From contig NW_027270980.1 of NCBI RefSeq assembly GCF_040938485.1, positions 868,001 through 932,000 of the forward strand: 64,000 nucleotides of DNA, given 5' to 3'. Of this stretch, positions 62,701-64,000 are shown one piece after another. This DNA is from Diadema antillarum. Taxonomy: Eukaryota. The notes below the pieces were generated by a model. It did no database searches. It was not told the origin of the DNA and saw nothing but the letters and a program-made list of their open reading frames with translations. The position numbers were made by a program, and so were the translations under genes. The stretch's first letter is position 1, and every line of letters starts with the position of its first letter.

Positions 62701-64000
62701 CACAATGATCATGATTATTTGAGAAATAGCACAATAGTAACACTGAAGGAAATATTCTTGAGACCTTTTCATCCCATCATTCAACGCATGCATTACAACG
62801 GCACATGAAGACAAGGGCAAGGGTCACCATTTAAGCAGAGGTTTTGGGCATGCGCAGTTTGGTCAACAAATCATCACAATCAGCAATTAGTGGGACATCT
62901 CCTTCCGTCTGAATGGGTGCAAAAAATCTCAGTACAAAATTGGCGATCCTGTGAATGGCACTAGTAATGGCCATCATAATGGTCAAGTGTGCATAGGTTC
63001 TAATGGGTCATGTCTGACTAAGGGGGGGGGGAGGGGTATTTCCATACATCTGGAGCATTCCCCACCCCACATTGCTGTTAGAGAGTGGGCACTCATGGGA
63101 ACTCAGGCTTATATGATCTACTGGGACAACAGCTGTTGTCTCCCCTTGGGTAATGCTAGCTAGCTAGCTAGATAGATAGCTATCAGTCATCCTGCCACTG
63201 ATATCTGTACCAATATTAGTAACTAGCCTGTGTCTCTTCTCAAAAAGCTATGTAACTTCATCCAACAAACCCTTCATATCATTTTCATATCAACACGTCT
63301 TTATAGCTTCAATTGCAGTGAACAGAGCTTTCTCGCACTACACATAAAGGAATTCACAGGGGCTATAGTTACTGACTCAGACAAATTGCTGTGCAATATG
63401 TAGGCAAATTGCAAAAAGCGCCATTATATCAATCTAAATATTTGTGTTTATATGTACATCATATGGGCATGCATGTATAGTAGTATGTGTGTGTGTGTGT
63501 TTGTGTGTGTCAGTTAGCGCACATGTGTAAAATCCTTCTTTTTTTTCTAGTCAACTCCCCCTTCCCCCCTTCTCCTCCAATCCCAAGACACATTAGCACG
63601 TACTCCCCCATCTAATAAGCAGAGCTGACCAGTTTGCCTAACTGTGCAAATAGCAGGGAGGCATAATGAAAATGACAAAAGCCATCTCTGGCGAGGTGTG
63701 TACAAAGTACACATCCAGCCATGATTTGCAGGCCCACATCCAGAACAACAAAGATATTCCTCCTATACCTGGTGCAGCAAGCTTCAATCTAGTACCCCTC
63801 CCCCCTCCCCCTTCTTCTCCCTTCCTCCTTTGTTTCTGCTCAGGGGGGCCTCAACAATATGCAGATCTATGCTCCCCACCATCTTAATAAAAGGTAATCT
63901 CCATGCAGATCACCATTCTGATTCTAATTGCCGTCTAAACAATGAATGCAAACAAGAGAATTTGCATCAGGCTCTGCATGAGGTTTGGCCAGCCAGGAGA

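Larger units (their letters stand above)
10286..64000 (-). other. nova: Upstream nova intron (part), at least 53.7 kb
   Basis: Begins at the acceptor of the exon above. A visual scan found no exon encoding the KH1 N-half (...GSIIGKGG...DFYP G|gt) in this interval; content is repeats and non-coding sequence. Confidence 0.7.

Overview
Eukaryotic, AT-rich and repeat-rich genomic DNA. The long G/C homopolymers, (CA)n tracts and MITE/Helentron repertoire suggest a marine invertebrate deuterostome such as a sea urchin (inference only). I can support just one protein-coding exon: a 149-nt minus-strand internal exon (10137-10285) of a NOVA/pasilla KH-domain splicing factor, encoding the C-terminal half of KH1 and the KH1-KH2 linker. 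I could not find by eye the flanking canonical exons (KH1 N-half ending FYPG; KH2 starting VKI.VPNSTAG). The rest of the window therefore appears to be nova intron (at least 53.7 kb upstream and 10.1 kb downstream). These introns hold many non-autonomous DNA transposons, including a structurally complete ~2.37 kb Helentron/DINE-1-like element with a 568-bp internal tandem duplication. They also contain microsatellites, enhancer/promoter-like motif islands, YCAY (Nova-binding) clusters flanking the exon, and a candidate internal first exon that would give a KH1-truncated Nova isoform. No tRNA, rRNA, CRISPR or prokaryotic system is seen. Almost all ORFs in the supplied track look like chance ORFs. 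All analysis was by eye; no searches were run.
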